Source: a virus | Taxonomy: Duplodnaviria; Caudoviricetes | Length of the DNA stretch: 64,000 bases | IMG/VR virus record: IMGVR_UViG_3300005764_000017 | Location: 1,483 to 65,482 of that record | Strand: one strand, 5' to 3' | Shown here: piece after piece, positions 52,608-60,497 of the stretch | Layout: every line of letters begins with the position of its first letter | How positions within the stretch are numbered: position 1 is the first letter of the stretch | Notes under the pieces: model-generated | Database searches by the model: none | What the model was told of the DNA's origin: nothing | The model's input: only the letters and a program-made list of their open reading frames with translations | Translations under genes and position numbers: made by a program

Positions 52608-53393
52608 ATGCTCGTAACCAACGGCGAACTTCGCCATGTCTACCAGGAGGTCATCCGCGACGGCCTCCCCCGGTTCGGTCGCCACCATCATCTCGACGCG
52701 CGCTCGCTGGCGTACACGATCGAGGCCGAGCTGCGGCAGCTCGACGGTTCCATCCGCCCCGCCGAACACGTCTCGCCGCTGCCCGTCCTCGATCAGGGCA
52801 ACCTCGGCTCGTGCACCGGCAACGCCGGCACGTACGCCCTGGCCGCGCTCGCTGGCGCCTCAGGGCTGTCGGCGGTCCACTTGGACTACGTCAACCTGAG
52901 TCAGACCGATGCGGCCGAGGACGAGACGTTCGCGCGCGACCTGTACCACGAGGCGACGCTGCACGACGGCAGTCCGGGCCCGTGGCCGCCGAACGACCGC
53001 GGCTCGAGCGGACTCGGCGTGTGCCGGGCCCTCAAGGCGGCCGAGCTGGTTCACCGCTACACGTGGGCCATCACCCTCCGCGGCGTCGGCCACCTCCTCC
53101 AGCGCGGCGGCGTGATGCTCGGCACGCCCTGGTTCGAGGCGTGGGTCCAGCCGGATGCGGACGGGTTCGTGGACGCGGATCCGTCGTGGCGGTCCTCGCA
53201 GGTCGTCGGTGGCCACGAGATCTACCTCGAGGCCCTGGAGGCGTGGGACGACCGCGACCCGCACGCCTCGGTCGTCCGGTTCAAGAACTCGTGGGGCGAC
53301 TCGTGGGGCGACCACGGCTCGGGCCGCATGAGGCTGTCGACGTACGTCCAGCTCAAGCAGCAGATGGACGTGAAGCAGCTCGCCCATGCCTGA
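52608..53393 (+). CDS. papain-family (C1A-like) cysteine peptidase
   Basis: DQGNLGSCTGNA (Gln, Cys), GGHEI (His), FKNSWG (Asn). Confidence 0.85.
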   Translation: MLVTNGELRHVYQEVIRDGLPRFGRHHHLDARSLAYTIEAELRQLDGSIRPAEHVSPLPVLDQGNLGSCTGNAGTYALAALAGASGLSAVHLDYVNLSQTDAAEDETFARDLYHEATLHDGSPGPWPPNDRGSSGLGVCRALKAAELVHRYTWAITLRGVGHLLQRGGVMLGTPWFEAWVQPDADGFVDADPSWRSSQVVGGHEIYLEALEAWDDRDPHASVVRFKNSWGDSWGDHGSGRMRLSTYVQLKQQMDVKQLAHA

Positions 53394-53637
53394 CCGCCAC
53401 GCTGCCGACACCCGCCGCGCCGCCGCGGCCGGGGGCGGCATCGCGTTCCTGGTCCTGCTCGCCCTGATCCTGCTCGGCGTCTGCCGCCAGCCACCCGCCC
53501 CGCAGCCAGCGCGCCCCTCGCCGGCGGCCACCGTGACCGCGGTCCCCGCGCCGACGCCGACATTCACCCCCGTCCCGGCAACCCCGACGCCCGGCCCTCC
53601 GGGCACTCCGCCGCCCGACCTTCCGGGCAGAGGCTGA
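53386..53637 (+). CDS. membrane-anchored Pro/Thr-rich protein
   Basis: TM IAFLVLLALILLGVC followed by PT repeats. Confidence 0.55.
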   Translation: MPDRHAADTRRAAAAGGGIAFLVLLALILLGVCRQPPAPQPARPSPAATVTAVPAPTPTFTPVPATPTPGPPGTPPPDLPGRG

Positions 53638-53638
53638 C

Positions 53639-53860
53639 ATGAACCTGAGCAACCTCCTGACCGCCGGCCGCCTGGCGGCCCTCGCCTGCGTGCTCGGCGC
53701 CGCGGCCGGGTTCTACGACGTGGAGTGGGGCCACCAGCTCGCCAAGGAGATGGCGGTCAGCCTGATGACGGGCGGCCTGGCTGGCCTCGGCGGCGGCGCC
53801 TATGGTGTCAGCCAGATGAAGGCCACGCTCGCCACCCAGGCACTCCAGGCGCCCAAGTGA
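53639..53860 (+). CDS. small membrane protein
   Basis: Two hydrophobic Gly-rich helices. Confidence 0.55.
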   Translation: MNLSNLLTAGRLAALACVLGAAAGFYDVEWGHQLAKEMAVSLMTGGLAGLGGGAYGVSQMKATLATQALQAPK

Positions 53861-53871
53861 AGGAGACCACC

Positions 53872-54007
53872 ATGACCCGAACCATCTTCATCGCCAGGGG
53901 CGTGTGCAGCGGCGGCGGGGGCGGGTGACGGTGGGCATCGCGACCGGGGGCGGCGGGGGCGGCGGGTGATGCCCGGCATCTCTGGCGGCGGAGGCGGAGG
54001 CGGGTGA
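53872..54007 (+). CDS. three coupled poly-Gly micro-ORFs (53872-53928, 53925-53969, 53969-54007)
   Basis: MTRTIFIARGVCSGGGGG*, VTVGIATGGGGGGG*, MPGISGGGGGGG*; AAGGAG RBS; GTGA/TGATG overlaps. Confidence 0.55.
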
Positions 54008-54261
54008 CCACCTACCCCTCCGCTGTGGCCGTCTATGACGCGCCTACCCGGCAGTGGGCCAGCCTCGCCCCGATGCACGACATCGCATCACAGGGCGATA
54101 CAGCCGATGAGGCAATCGCGAATGTGCTGGAGGCCGTGCGCGAGGTGGCGGAGGTCTGCGCCGGCGACGGCCTGCCGATGCCCGGGCCCGTCCCCTGGGA
54201 CGACTTCGGCGATTTCGTCCGCGGCGGCAATGGCAGCATGGTCGTGCGAGTGCAGGCATGA
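54004..54261 (+). CDS. HicB-family antitoxin-like protein
   Basis: IASQGDTADEAIANVLEAV..GDGLPMP; no HicA adjacent. Confidence 0.7.
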   Translation: MTTYPSAVAVYDAPTRQWASLAPMHDIASQGDTADEAIANVLEAVREVAEVCAGDGLPMPGPVPWDDFGDFVRGGNGSMVVRVQA

Positions 54262-54464
54262 CCACCATCTGGGCGGCCGTCGCCGGCTACGTCGGCCAGA
54301 CGTGGCCGCAGGTGGTCCCGAATCTGTGGGCGGCGCTGCTCTGTGCCGTCCCGGGGTGGGGCCTGCTCCTGTGGCACCACGTCGTGATCCGCCGCCATGT
54401 CCGCCGCACGATCGCCCAGCACTATGGCTACTCGGCCACCACCTCGACGGCCGCGGAACCGTAG
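54258..54464 (+). CDS. small membrane protein
   Basis: Hydrophobic VPNLWAALLCAVPGWGLLLW then Arg/His-rich. Confidence 0.5.
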   Translation: MTTIWAAVAGYVGQTWPQVVPNLWAALLCAVPGWGLLLWHHVVIRRHVRRTIAQHYGYSATTSTAAEP

Positions 54465-54490
54465 CTCAGCTCGACCCTCTCTCTCACGGG

Positions 54491-54525
54491 ACCCCGTCGC
54501 CTTCGGGCGGCGGGGTTTCTTCTGT
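54491..54525 (+). terminator. intrinsic terminator closing the lysis/HicB transcript
   Basis: ACCCCGTCGCC-TTCG-GGCGGCGGGGT followed by TTCTTCTGT. Confidence 0.8.
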
Positions 54526-54543
54526 GTGGCATCGGTTCGGGTG

Positions 54544-54549
54544 TATAGT
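54544..54549 (+). promoter_or_regulatory. putative -10 element for Y RNA/Ro60 unit
   Basis: TATAGT 7 nt upstream of predicted RNA 5' end at 54557; no clear -35. Confidence 0.5.
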
Positions 54550-54556
54550 CTGGCTC

Positions 54557-54638
54557 GGACGGGCCGGAAGGCCGACGGTTACCAGCTTTAGGTTGCTGTG
54601 GCGCAAGCCGCATCCGCCGGCCATGGACATGCTCGTCC
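54557..54638 (+). ncRNA. short Y RNA-like gene (YrlB-like)
   Basis: Terminal stem GGACGGG/CTCGTCC; shares CGGGCCGGA, GGTTACCA and ACATGCTCG with the next RNA; internal TGTGGC-GCAA-GCCGCA hairpin. Confidence 0.6.
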
Positions 54639-54652
54639 TTATAAAGCGAATA

Positions 54653-54790
54653 GGCGCAGCGGGCCGGATGGAACGGGGTTACCACTCTTAATGGGGTTGT
54701 CCTGGGATCGAAGCCCAGCGGCTCATCGGAGCCGTAGCTCAGTCTGGTAGAGCACCAAACGCCCTGGTCCGCTCACATGCTCGCTGCGCC
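54653..54790 (+). ncRNA. yrlA: YrlA-type Y RNA with circularly permuted tRNA-like domain
   Basis: Outer stem GGCGCAGCGGG/CTCGCTGCGCC; T arm 54702-54718, loop-closed acceptor CGGCTC-ATCG-GAGCCG 54719-54734, UA, D arm GCTC-AGTCTGGTA-GAGC 54737-54753; adjacent to Ro60. Confidence 0.85.
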
Positions 54791-54815
54791 GACCACGATC
54801 AGGGAGGCACTCATC

Positions 54816-56462
54816 GTGAAGGACTACATCCAGCACTTCGGCACGTCCACGCCGCAGGCGGCGCCCATCCCCGAAGCGCGCGGCATGGTCCGCAACCGGG
54901 CCGGCGGATTCGTCTTCGAGGCCGACGACTGGACCCGCTTCCAGCGGTTCCTCATCCTCGGCACCGACAAGGGCAGCTACTACGCTACTCCGCGCGAGTT
55001 GACGCGCGAGGCGGCGACGTGCATCGACCGGCTGCTGGAGGACGGACACGGCCTCAAGGTGGTCAACGAGATCGCCGCCGTGTCCGATTCAGGCCGGGCC
55101 CCGAAGAACGACCCGGCCATCCTGGCCCTGGCGCTGTGCCTGAAGACGGCGAGCGATGTCGAGGTCCGGCGCGCAGCCGCCACGGCCGTTCCGAAGGTCT
55201 GTCGCACCGGCTCGCATCTGGCCTCCTTCGTGACCGCCTGCCAGGGCCTCGGCGGCTGGGGTCCGCTGACGCGTCGAGCGGTCGCGGGCTGGCTCGAGTC
55301 GAAGTCGGCCGAGGACATCGCCTTCCAGGCCGTGAAGTACGGCCAGCGCCAGGACTGGCGGCTCGCCGACATGCTGCGGCTGGCCCATCCGAAGGCGCCG
55401 ACCGAGCAGCACGGTCAGGTCTACGACTGGATCCTGGAGCGCCAGCATGGCGGCAACGAGAAGTCTCCGCGTCACGGCCAGCACTCGCGTCCGGCCGCCC
55501 CGATCATCGACGCCTATGAGAGCGCCATGGGCGCAACCGGCGAGGACGCGGCGCGGCTCGCCGTCCTCGTCCGCGAGAGCCATCTGCCCTGGGAGGCGGT
55601 CCCCTCCCAGTTTGCGCGCAACCTGGCCGTGCAGGCCGCACTCTTCGAGTCCATGCCGCCGATGGCCACCATTCGCCAGCTCGGCCGGCTGACGAACCTC
55701 GGACTGCTGGCGCCGGGGTCGGAGCACGCGAAGCTTGCATGCGAACGGATCACGGACGGAGCTCGACTTGCCCGCGCCCGCGTCCACCCCATGGCGCTCT
55801 ACCTCGCCCTCCGGACCTACCAGACAGGTCGTGGCGCCAAGGGCAAGCTATCGTGGCTGCCTGTGCCCGAGATCGTCTCCGCGCTGGAGGCCGGGTTCTT
55901 CGCGGCGTTCAAGGCGCGGCCGAAGTCGCGCCAGCGGCTCGTGGTCGGCGTGGACTGCTCGGGGTCGATGTGGCAGCAGAACGTGACCGGCGGCGACATG
56001 CAGGCGGCCGAGGCGGCGTCCGTGATGGCGTTCCTCCAGGTGCGCGAGAACCCGAACGCCACGGTGCTCGCGTTCGACACCGGCATCCGCGAGGTCAGCT
56101 TCCCCCAGGTCGAAACCCTGGGGGCGGTCCAGGCCGCCTCTCGATCCTGGGGGCTCGGCGGCGGCACGAACTGTGCCCTGCCGATGATGTGGGCCATCCA
56201 GCAGCACCGGCCGGGAGTGGAGGGCTTTGTGGTCTACACCGACGACGAGGGCTGGGCCGGCAGCGTGCACCCCGTCGAAGCCGTCAGCCACTACCGGGGC
56301 CTGTTCGGCGACCGGAGCAAGTTCGTCTGCGTCAGCTTCGTTGCCCATGGCTACCGGACGGCTGGGCTGTTCGACGATGCGGGCATGCTCCAGGTGGTCG
56401 GGCTCGACGAGTCGGCCCCGGGCGTCATCGACGAGTTCCTGGCGGCGCCGATCCGCGGGTAG
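54816..56462 (+). CDS. rsr: Ro60-related RNA-binding protein (TROVE plus VWA)
   Basis: RNRAGGFVF, RFLILGTDKGSYY, AFQAVKYGQRQDW..DMLRLAHPK, ATIRQLGRL, VDCSGSM (MIDAS), YTDDE; GGGAGG RBS before GTG 54816. Confidence 0.95.
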   Translation: MKDYIQHFGTSTPQAAPIPEARGMVRNRAGGFVFEADDWTRFQRFLILGTDKGSYYATPRELTREAATCIDRLLEDGHGLKVVNEIAAVSDSGRAPKNDPAILALALCLKTASDVEVRRAAATAVPKVCRTGSHLASFVTACQGLGGWGPLTRRAVAGWLESKSAEDIAFQAVKYGQRQDWRLADMLRLAHPKAPTEQHGQVYDWILERQHGGNEKSPRHGQHSRPAAPIIDAYESAMGATGEDAARLAVLVRESHLPWEAVPSQFARNLAVQAALFESMPPMATIRQLGRLTNLGLLAPGSEHAKLACERITDGARLARARVHPMALYLALRTYQTGRGAKGKLSWLPVPEIVSALEAGFFAAFKARPKSRQRLVVGVDCSGSMWQQNVTGGDMQAAEAASVMAFLQVRENPNATVLAFDTGIREVSFPQVETLGAVQAASRSWGLGGGTNCALPMMWAIQQHRPGVEGFVVYTDDEGWAGSVHPVEAVSHYRGLFGDRSKFVCVSFVAHGYRTAGLFDDAGMLQVVGLDESAPGVIDEFLAAPIRG

Positions 56463-56572
56463 GGCGCGGGCGCCGGGATGTAGTTCCGCGCCCCCGCCTC
56501 GTGCACCAAACTCAATACCCGGTGTACTTTCGCGTAGGGAATCGGGTACTTTCCCCGGTGCTTTCCCGGGGA

Positions 56573-56836
56573 CTACTCCTCGGCCAGCGCCACCGACATC
56601 GTGTACCCGTTCCCCGGACCCCAGCACCCACAGAGGCCGGCGGCGTGCAGGGCCGCATCGAGGATGTCTCTGACCTCTTCTGGCGTCCGCGTCCAGTGAC
56701 CGTGGATGGTTACGGCGATGAGTTGCCGCTCCTTCGCGGGCCGACCCAGAGCGCGGCGCACCTCGTCGGGCGTCAGGCCCTTGCCGGCCTTGATGTCGTC
56801 GAGGGCACGGTCGAGCTCGCCGCGGTCAGGCATCAT
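56573..56836 (-). CDS. hypothetical protein
   Basis: GGAGG RBS on minus strand, overlaps upstream HTH gene. Confidence 0.5.
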   Translation of the reverse strand: MMPDRGELDRALDDIKAGKGLTPDEVRRALGRPAKERQLIAVTIHGHWTRTPEEVRDILDAALHAAGLCGCWGPGNGYTMSVALAEE

Positions 56837-57026
56837 CCTCCTTCCTCCGCTCGACCGGCGTGTACTGCTCGCGGTATCGCTTGATCTCGTCCATGTCCAC
56901 GTAGCGGTGTCGGTCACCCGGTCGGGTGTACGCCCGGATGTGGCCCTCGCTGACCCAGCGCGTGATGACGCGCCGGCTGATCTTGAGCTGCGCCGCTGCT
57001 TGATCCATGGTTCGCCAGGTCGCCAT
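56826..57026 (-). CDS. MerR/Xis-like HTH DNA-binding protein
   Basis: TMDQAAAQLKISRRVITRWVSEGHIRAY..HRYVDMDEI. Confidence 0.8.
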   Translation of the reverse strand: MATWRTMDQAAAQLKISRRVITRWVSEGHIRAYTRPGDRHRYVDMDEIKRYREQYTPVERRKEDDA

Positions 57027-57175
57027 CTCGTCGGGCGCCGAGGGTAGTTGCACTCTCCGCACATGCTAGCCGGAACCCTGCGGAAACCTCGACGGATGCT
57101 TGCCTGGCCCTAGACGGTCCCCGTCCCCTTGCGGTACCGTGGCCCTCGGACCGCCCGAGAGGCGGGACGGAGTAG

Positions 57176-58408
57176 GTGGTGAAGATGGATGGTTACGGGG
57201 TCCGTCTCCGGCAGTCCCGTGAGCGGGTCGGATGGTCGCAGCTCGACCTGGCGACGCGTGCGGGTGTGTCTCAGCGCACGGTCCAGCGAGTCGAGGCAGG
57301 CCACGACCCCAACGTCGACACCGCCGCGGCCCTGCACGCGGCGCTCGTCGGCCGGACGCCCGGTCTGAACTTCGACATGCGGATTCTGCCGGTCGGTGCT
57401 ACCGTGGGCCGCGTGAACCGCCGAGAGTTCATGGCCGTCTCGGCGATCGTTCCCGCTACACTCGCGCTCCGCATGATCGCCCACCAGCCGCAGGGCACCA
57501 CGCCTCTGCTCGACGATGCCCTGCTCGACGTCTGGGAGGCGCGCACCGAGAACTTCGCTGCCGCCCGCGCTCTGGAGCCGCCCCGGCTCCTGCTGCCGCA
57601 GATCGAGCAGCACCTCATGGTCCTGGAGTCGCTCATCGACCAGCACCCGGGTCCGGAACGCCTGGCCCAGCGGCTGTGGTCGATAGCCGCCGGCACCAAC
57701 GCCGTAGCGGCCTGGGTGAGCCTGATGGCCGAGCACCGCCGCGAGATGCGCGACTACCTCGCCCGCGGCGAGGCGCTGGCCCGTGAGGCCGGCGACAACG
57801 ACACCCTGGTTCTGCTCCTGATGCTCCGCTCCGACCTGCTCTCCCCGGTCCTGCTGGGCGGAGACGGTGGGTTCCCCGAGCAAGCCATCCGGGCGCTGGA
57901 CGAGGCGATGGCGCTGTCCTCGGATATGACGCCGCTCACGCTGCGTGTCCCGGTCATCCTGCGCGCGGCCGAGGAGCATGCGTTCGTCGGGAACGCCGCG
58001 AGCGCGCTCCGCCTGCTCGAGCTCGGCGCCGAGGCACAGGAGTCCTCGCGAATCCGCGAGCACAGCCTGCGTCGGCGCTGGCCAGCCTGGTCGTGGTCGT
58101 CCTATGCCGGGTCCGCCTACAACCTGCTGGGCCGCGCGCGCGACGCCATCGAGACCCTGCGCGACATCCGCTCGCCGTACCCGAGTCACCAACCGCTGCT
58201 CGCGGCCGACCTCGGCGCCGCACACGCGCAGGCCGGCAATCTGGACGAGGCCACCCGCTCCCTCGGCGAGGCACTCCGCCTGGCCATGGAGCACGGCTAC
58301 CCCGAGGCCGCCCGACGGGTGCAGGGAGTGCGCCGGCGGCACCTCGTGCGCTGGAGCGACGAACCGCGCGTCCGCGACCTCGACGAGGCCATCTCCGCCA
58401 TCTTGTGA
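57176..58408 (+). CDS. XRE-family regulator with C-terminal TPR-like helical domain
   Basis: LRQSRERVGWSQLDLATRAGVSQRTVQRVEAG; VNRREF linker; helical repeats. Confidence 0.85.
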   Translation: MVKMDGYGVRLRQSRERVGWSQLDLATRAGVSQRTVQRVEAGHDPNVDTAAALHAALVGRTPGLNFDMRILPVGATVGRVNRREFMAVSAIVPATLALRMIAHQPQGTTPLLDDALLDVWEARTENFAAARALEPPRLLLPQIEQHLMVLESLIDQHPGPERLAQRLWSIAAGTNAVAAWVSLMAEHRREMRDYLARGEALAREAGDNDTLVLLLMLRSDLLSPVLLGGDGGFPEQAIRALDEAMALSSDMTPLTLRVPVILRAAEEHAFVGNAASALRLLELGAEAQESSRIREHSLRRRWPAWSWSSYAGSAYNLLGRARDAIETLRDIRSPYPSHQPLLAADLGAAHAQAGNLDEATRSLGEALRLAMEHGYPEAARRVQGVRRRHLVRWSDEPRVRDLDEAISAIL

Positions 58409-58441
58409 CACCTGTGTCGCCTGGTCGGCGACACAGGTGTC
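58407..58441. repeat. perfect 15-bp inverted repeat at regulator stop codon
   Basis: GACACCTGTGTCGCC-TGGTC-GGCGACACAGGTGTC. Confidence 0.85.
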
Positions 58442-58628
58442 GTCCTCGCTGAAGTCCGCCGGCGCATGCTGAACGCATGCGCTGCAGGGGCGTCGTGATC
58501 GCGAGCGGCTCGGTCAGCGACAGGGGCGGCCACCGGGTCGTAACGCCGCCCCGCCTTTCATCGGCTTCATGCCCTGGGGAGGGGCCGGGGATCGTCACCA
58601 CCGCCTCGGCCACTCTCCCCTTGCCCCG

Positions 58629-58970
58629 ATGAGCGGGGCCCGCCTGCGCTTCTGCCTGGTCTTCGTCGCCCGTCAGCCGCACGCGCTGCCCCCCGGCGCC
58701 TGCGACGCGGAGGCGACCCTGTGCGGGCTCCCCATGCCGGGAATGTGGGCGCTGAACGGGTTCACCTGCCAGCCGGACTCCATCGGCTGCGAGGCCTGCC
58801 GAGCGCGCGCCGAGGAGCTCGTCCGTGAACGCCGCTGGCGGGTAGAGGCGACCTACAACGGCGTGGCGCTGGTGGCACCGAGCGGGACAGTGACCACGGT
58901 CTACCCGCCCGGCCAGCGCGCGCAGGCCGAAGAGGATGCCGATCGCCTGAGCGCGCCCGATGCCGAGTAG
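58629..58970 (+). CDS. hypothetical protein with Cys motifs
   Basis: ATLCGLPM...CEACRAR. Confidence 0.5.
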   Translation: MSGARLRFCLVFVARQPHALPPGACDAEATLCGLPMPGMWALNGFTCQPDSIGCEACRARAEELVRERRWRVEATYNGVALVAPSGTVTTVYPPGQRAQAEEDADRLSAPDAE

Positions 58971-59531
58971 GACTTTCCCCACTTCTGGAGGGGTCGGCAG
59001 GGGAGCTGGCCCCTCCTTCTACTCGTCCGCTATCCGTCGCCGCTGTGCCGCTTGCCGCCCCAACTCGGCCATCCACCGTGCGTACCAGGCGTCGGCGGAC
59101 GAGCATACCCCGGGATAGCGCGGACAGCGAGCGACCCGGCGCCCATGGAACTCGCTGGCCTCTCCTCAATGAGCCACATGCAGCGGCAGCTCTGGCAGAT
59201 GCGGCCGGGGATGACCCAGACGCCGTCTGCCAGGTGGCCGCCGCATCCCTCGCAGGCGCACAGCCAGCGCTCGACGAGCCAGGTGGATTCGGCGGTCTCC
59301 ACGTGATCAGCGTACTCGCGCCAATTGTGTATGTCCGACGCTCTGCTTTCCGGACACTCGGGCATACAAACTCACGAGCCATGGGGCAAACGTCCCTCGT
59401 GGTTTGCAACATGTCCCGTGACATCCGACCGAACACAAAGACACGCTCGCGCGTCTCTAGTATGTTGCGGTTCGCAACAGGCAGGGGAAGGGTCGTCGTA
59501 AGCAGGTACCTGACAATTGGCGGAGGGGAGC

Positions 59532-59825
59532 ATGACCGCGCCTGTACTGCAGTTGCGACCCGGACCGGTGCCGGGAAAGACGATCGATCAGCTCTGGGCC
59601 GAGCTGCTCACGGCTTGCCGGCACCGCACCGGCCTGGACCCGGAGGAGTTCGCCGAGGTGGTGGCCCAGCTCGTCCCGCGTAGGACGGGGCTGGTGGGCG
59701 CCGCCGTCCGGGCGGCGGAGGCGGGGGTGCACCCGGTGGCCACGGACGTGGCCCTGCGGATGCTCAGGGTGGCAGGCGTGGATGTCGTGGGCTGGCTCCA
59801 GGAAGCGCTCAGGGTGATGAGCTAG
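59532..59825 (+). CDS. HTH (XRE-like) protein
   Basis: GGAGGGGAG RBS; LLTACRHRTGLDPEEFAEVV..AVRAAEAGVHPV. Confidence 0.6.
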   Translation: MTAPVLQLRPGPVPGKTIDQLWAELLTACRHRTGLDPEEFAEVVAQLVPRRTGLVGAAVRAAEAGVHPVATDVALRMLRVAGVDVVGWLQEALRVMS

Positions 59826-60190
59826 GCGGGGAGTTCGATCTCCACGGGCGGATAGCCGTGGGAGGCGAGGTGCTCGTTCAAGGCCGTGTGTAACGCGATC
59901 ACGATGGCCTGAAGCTCCTGGATCTGGACCTGTAGGGGGCGCTGGTCAGTGTCCTCGAGTGCGATCTGGTCGAGACTGAGCCCACTCGCCGCGAGGGCGC
60001 GCTGGGCGGCAAGCACGATCTCGGCGTCCGGGTGCCGCTCGCCACGAATCCAGGATCGGACCGTCTTGTCCATCGGACGGTACCCAAGCTCGGACGCGAG
60101 GACATCCGCGAGCTTGGGTGCGGTTCCGCCTGCGGCCTGCCGCGCCGCTAGGAGGAATCGCACCACCCCGGAGTGTGGCGATTTGCTCAT
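59822..60190 (-). CDS. putative immunity repressor (XRE HTH)
   Basis: LLAARQAAGGTAPKLADVL..TVRSWIRGERHPDAE; divergent from early rightward operon. Confidence 0.7.
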   Translation of the reverse strand: MSKSPHSGVVRFLLAARQAAGGTAPKLADVLASELGYRPMDKTVRSWIRGERHPDAEIVLAAQRALAASGLSLDQIALEDTDQRPLQVQIQELQAIVIALHTALNEHLASHGYPPVEIELPA

Positions 60191-60497
60191 GGCCCCGCCA
60201 CAGATTGTGGCAGGAATTGAGCCCAAGAGGGGGGCTTGCACATGTCCACGCAGCGTGTCATGATGACCACGCGATGGGGCGCATCAACACGGAGAGGGCC
60301 GAAGCATCCTCGGGACCGACCACTCGGACCGGCCGATCTGTCCTAGCTCATGCGCCCCAACGCTGCTCGGGGCGGGTCGGTCGGTCCGGGGCGTCGGAGC
60401 CCCGCAACTCAGCCCTCATCCCCGCAGCCATGCTCGGTGGAGATGTCCGGGAGGGGGCTTCGGCCCTCTCCCGGCTCGCCCCGAGCGGCGGCGCCCG

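Noticed and set aside
54631-54650. Ile(UAU)-like anticodon loop TCGTC-CTTATAA-AGCGA
   Set aside because: C-A mismatch closes the loop, it overlaps the terminal stem of RNA 1, and there are no flanking D or T arms.
54661-54725. Canonical tRNA-Lys(CUU) gene
   Set aside because: No proper D arm 5' of the anticodon, weak anticodon stem, non-canonical T loop (ATCGAAG) and no CCA; the D arm lies 3' of the acceptor, which fits YrlA better.
54777-54815. ATG 54777 as the Ro60 start
   Set aside because: It lies inside the Y RNA 3' stem; GTG 54816 has a GGGAGG RBS.
57176-58632. Arbitrium-type communication system
   Set aside because: No adjacent short ORF with a signal peptide; the architecture also fits common actinobacterial XRE-TPR regulators.
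59030-59365. Minus-strand Cys-rich ORF
   Set aside because: Atypical codon usage and no clear RBS; may be real but is unsupported.
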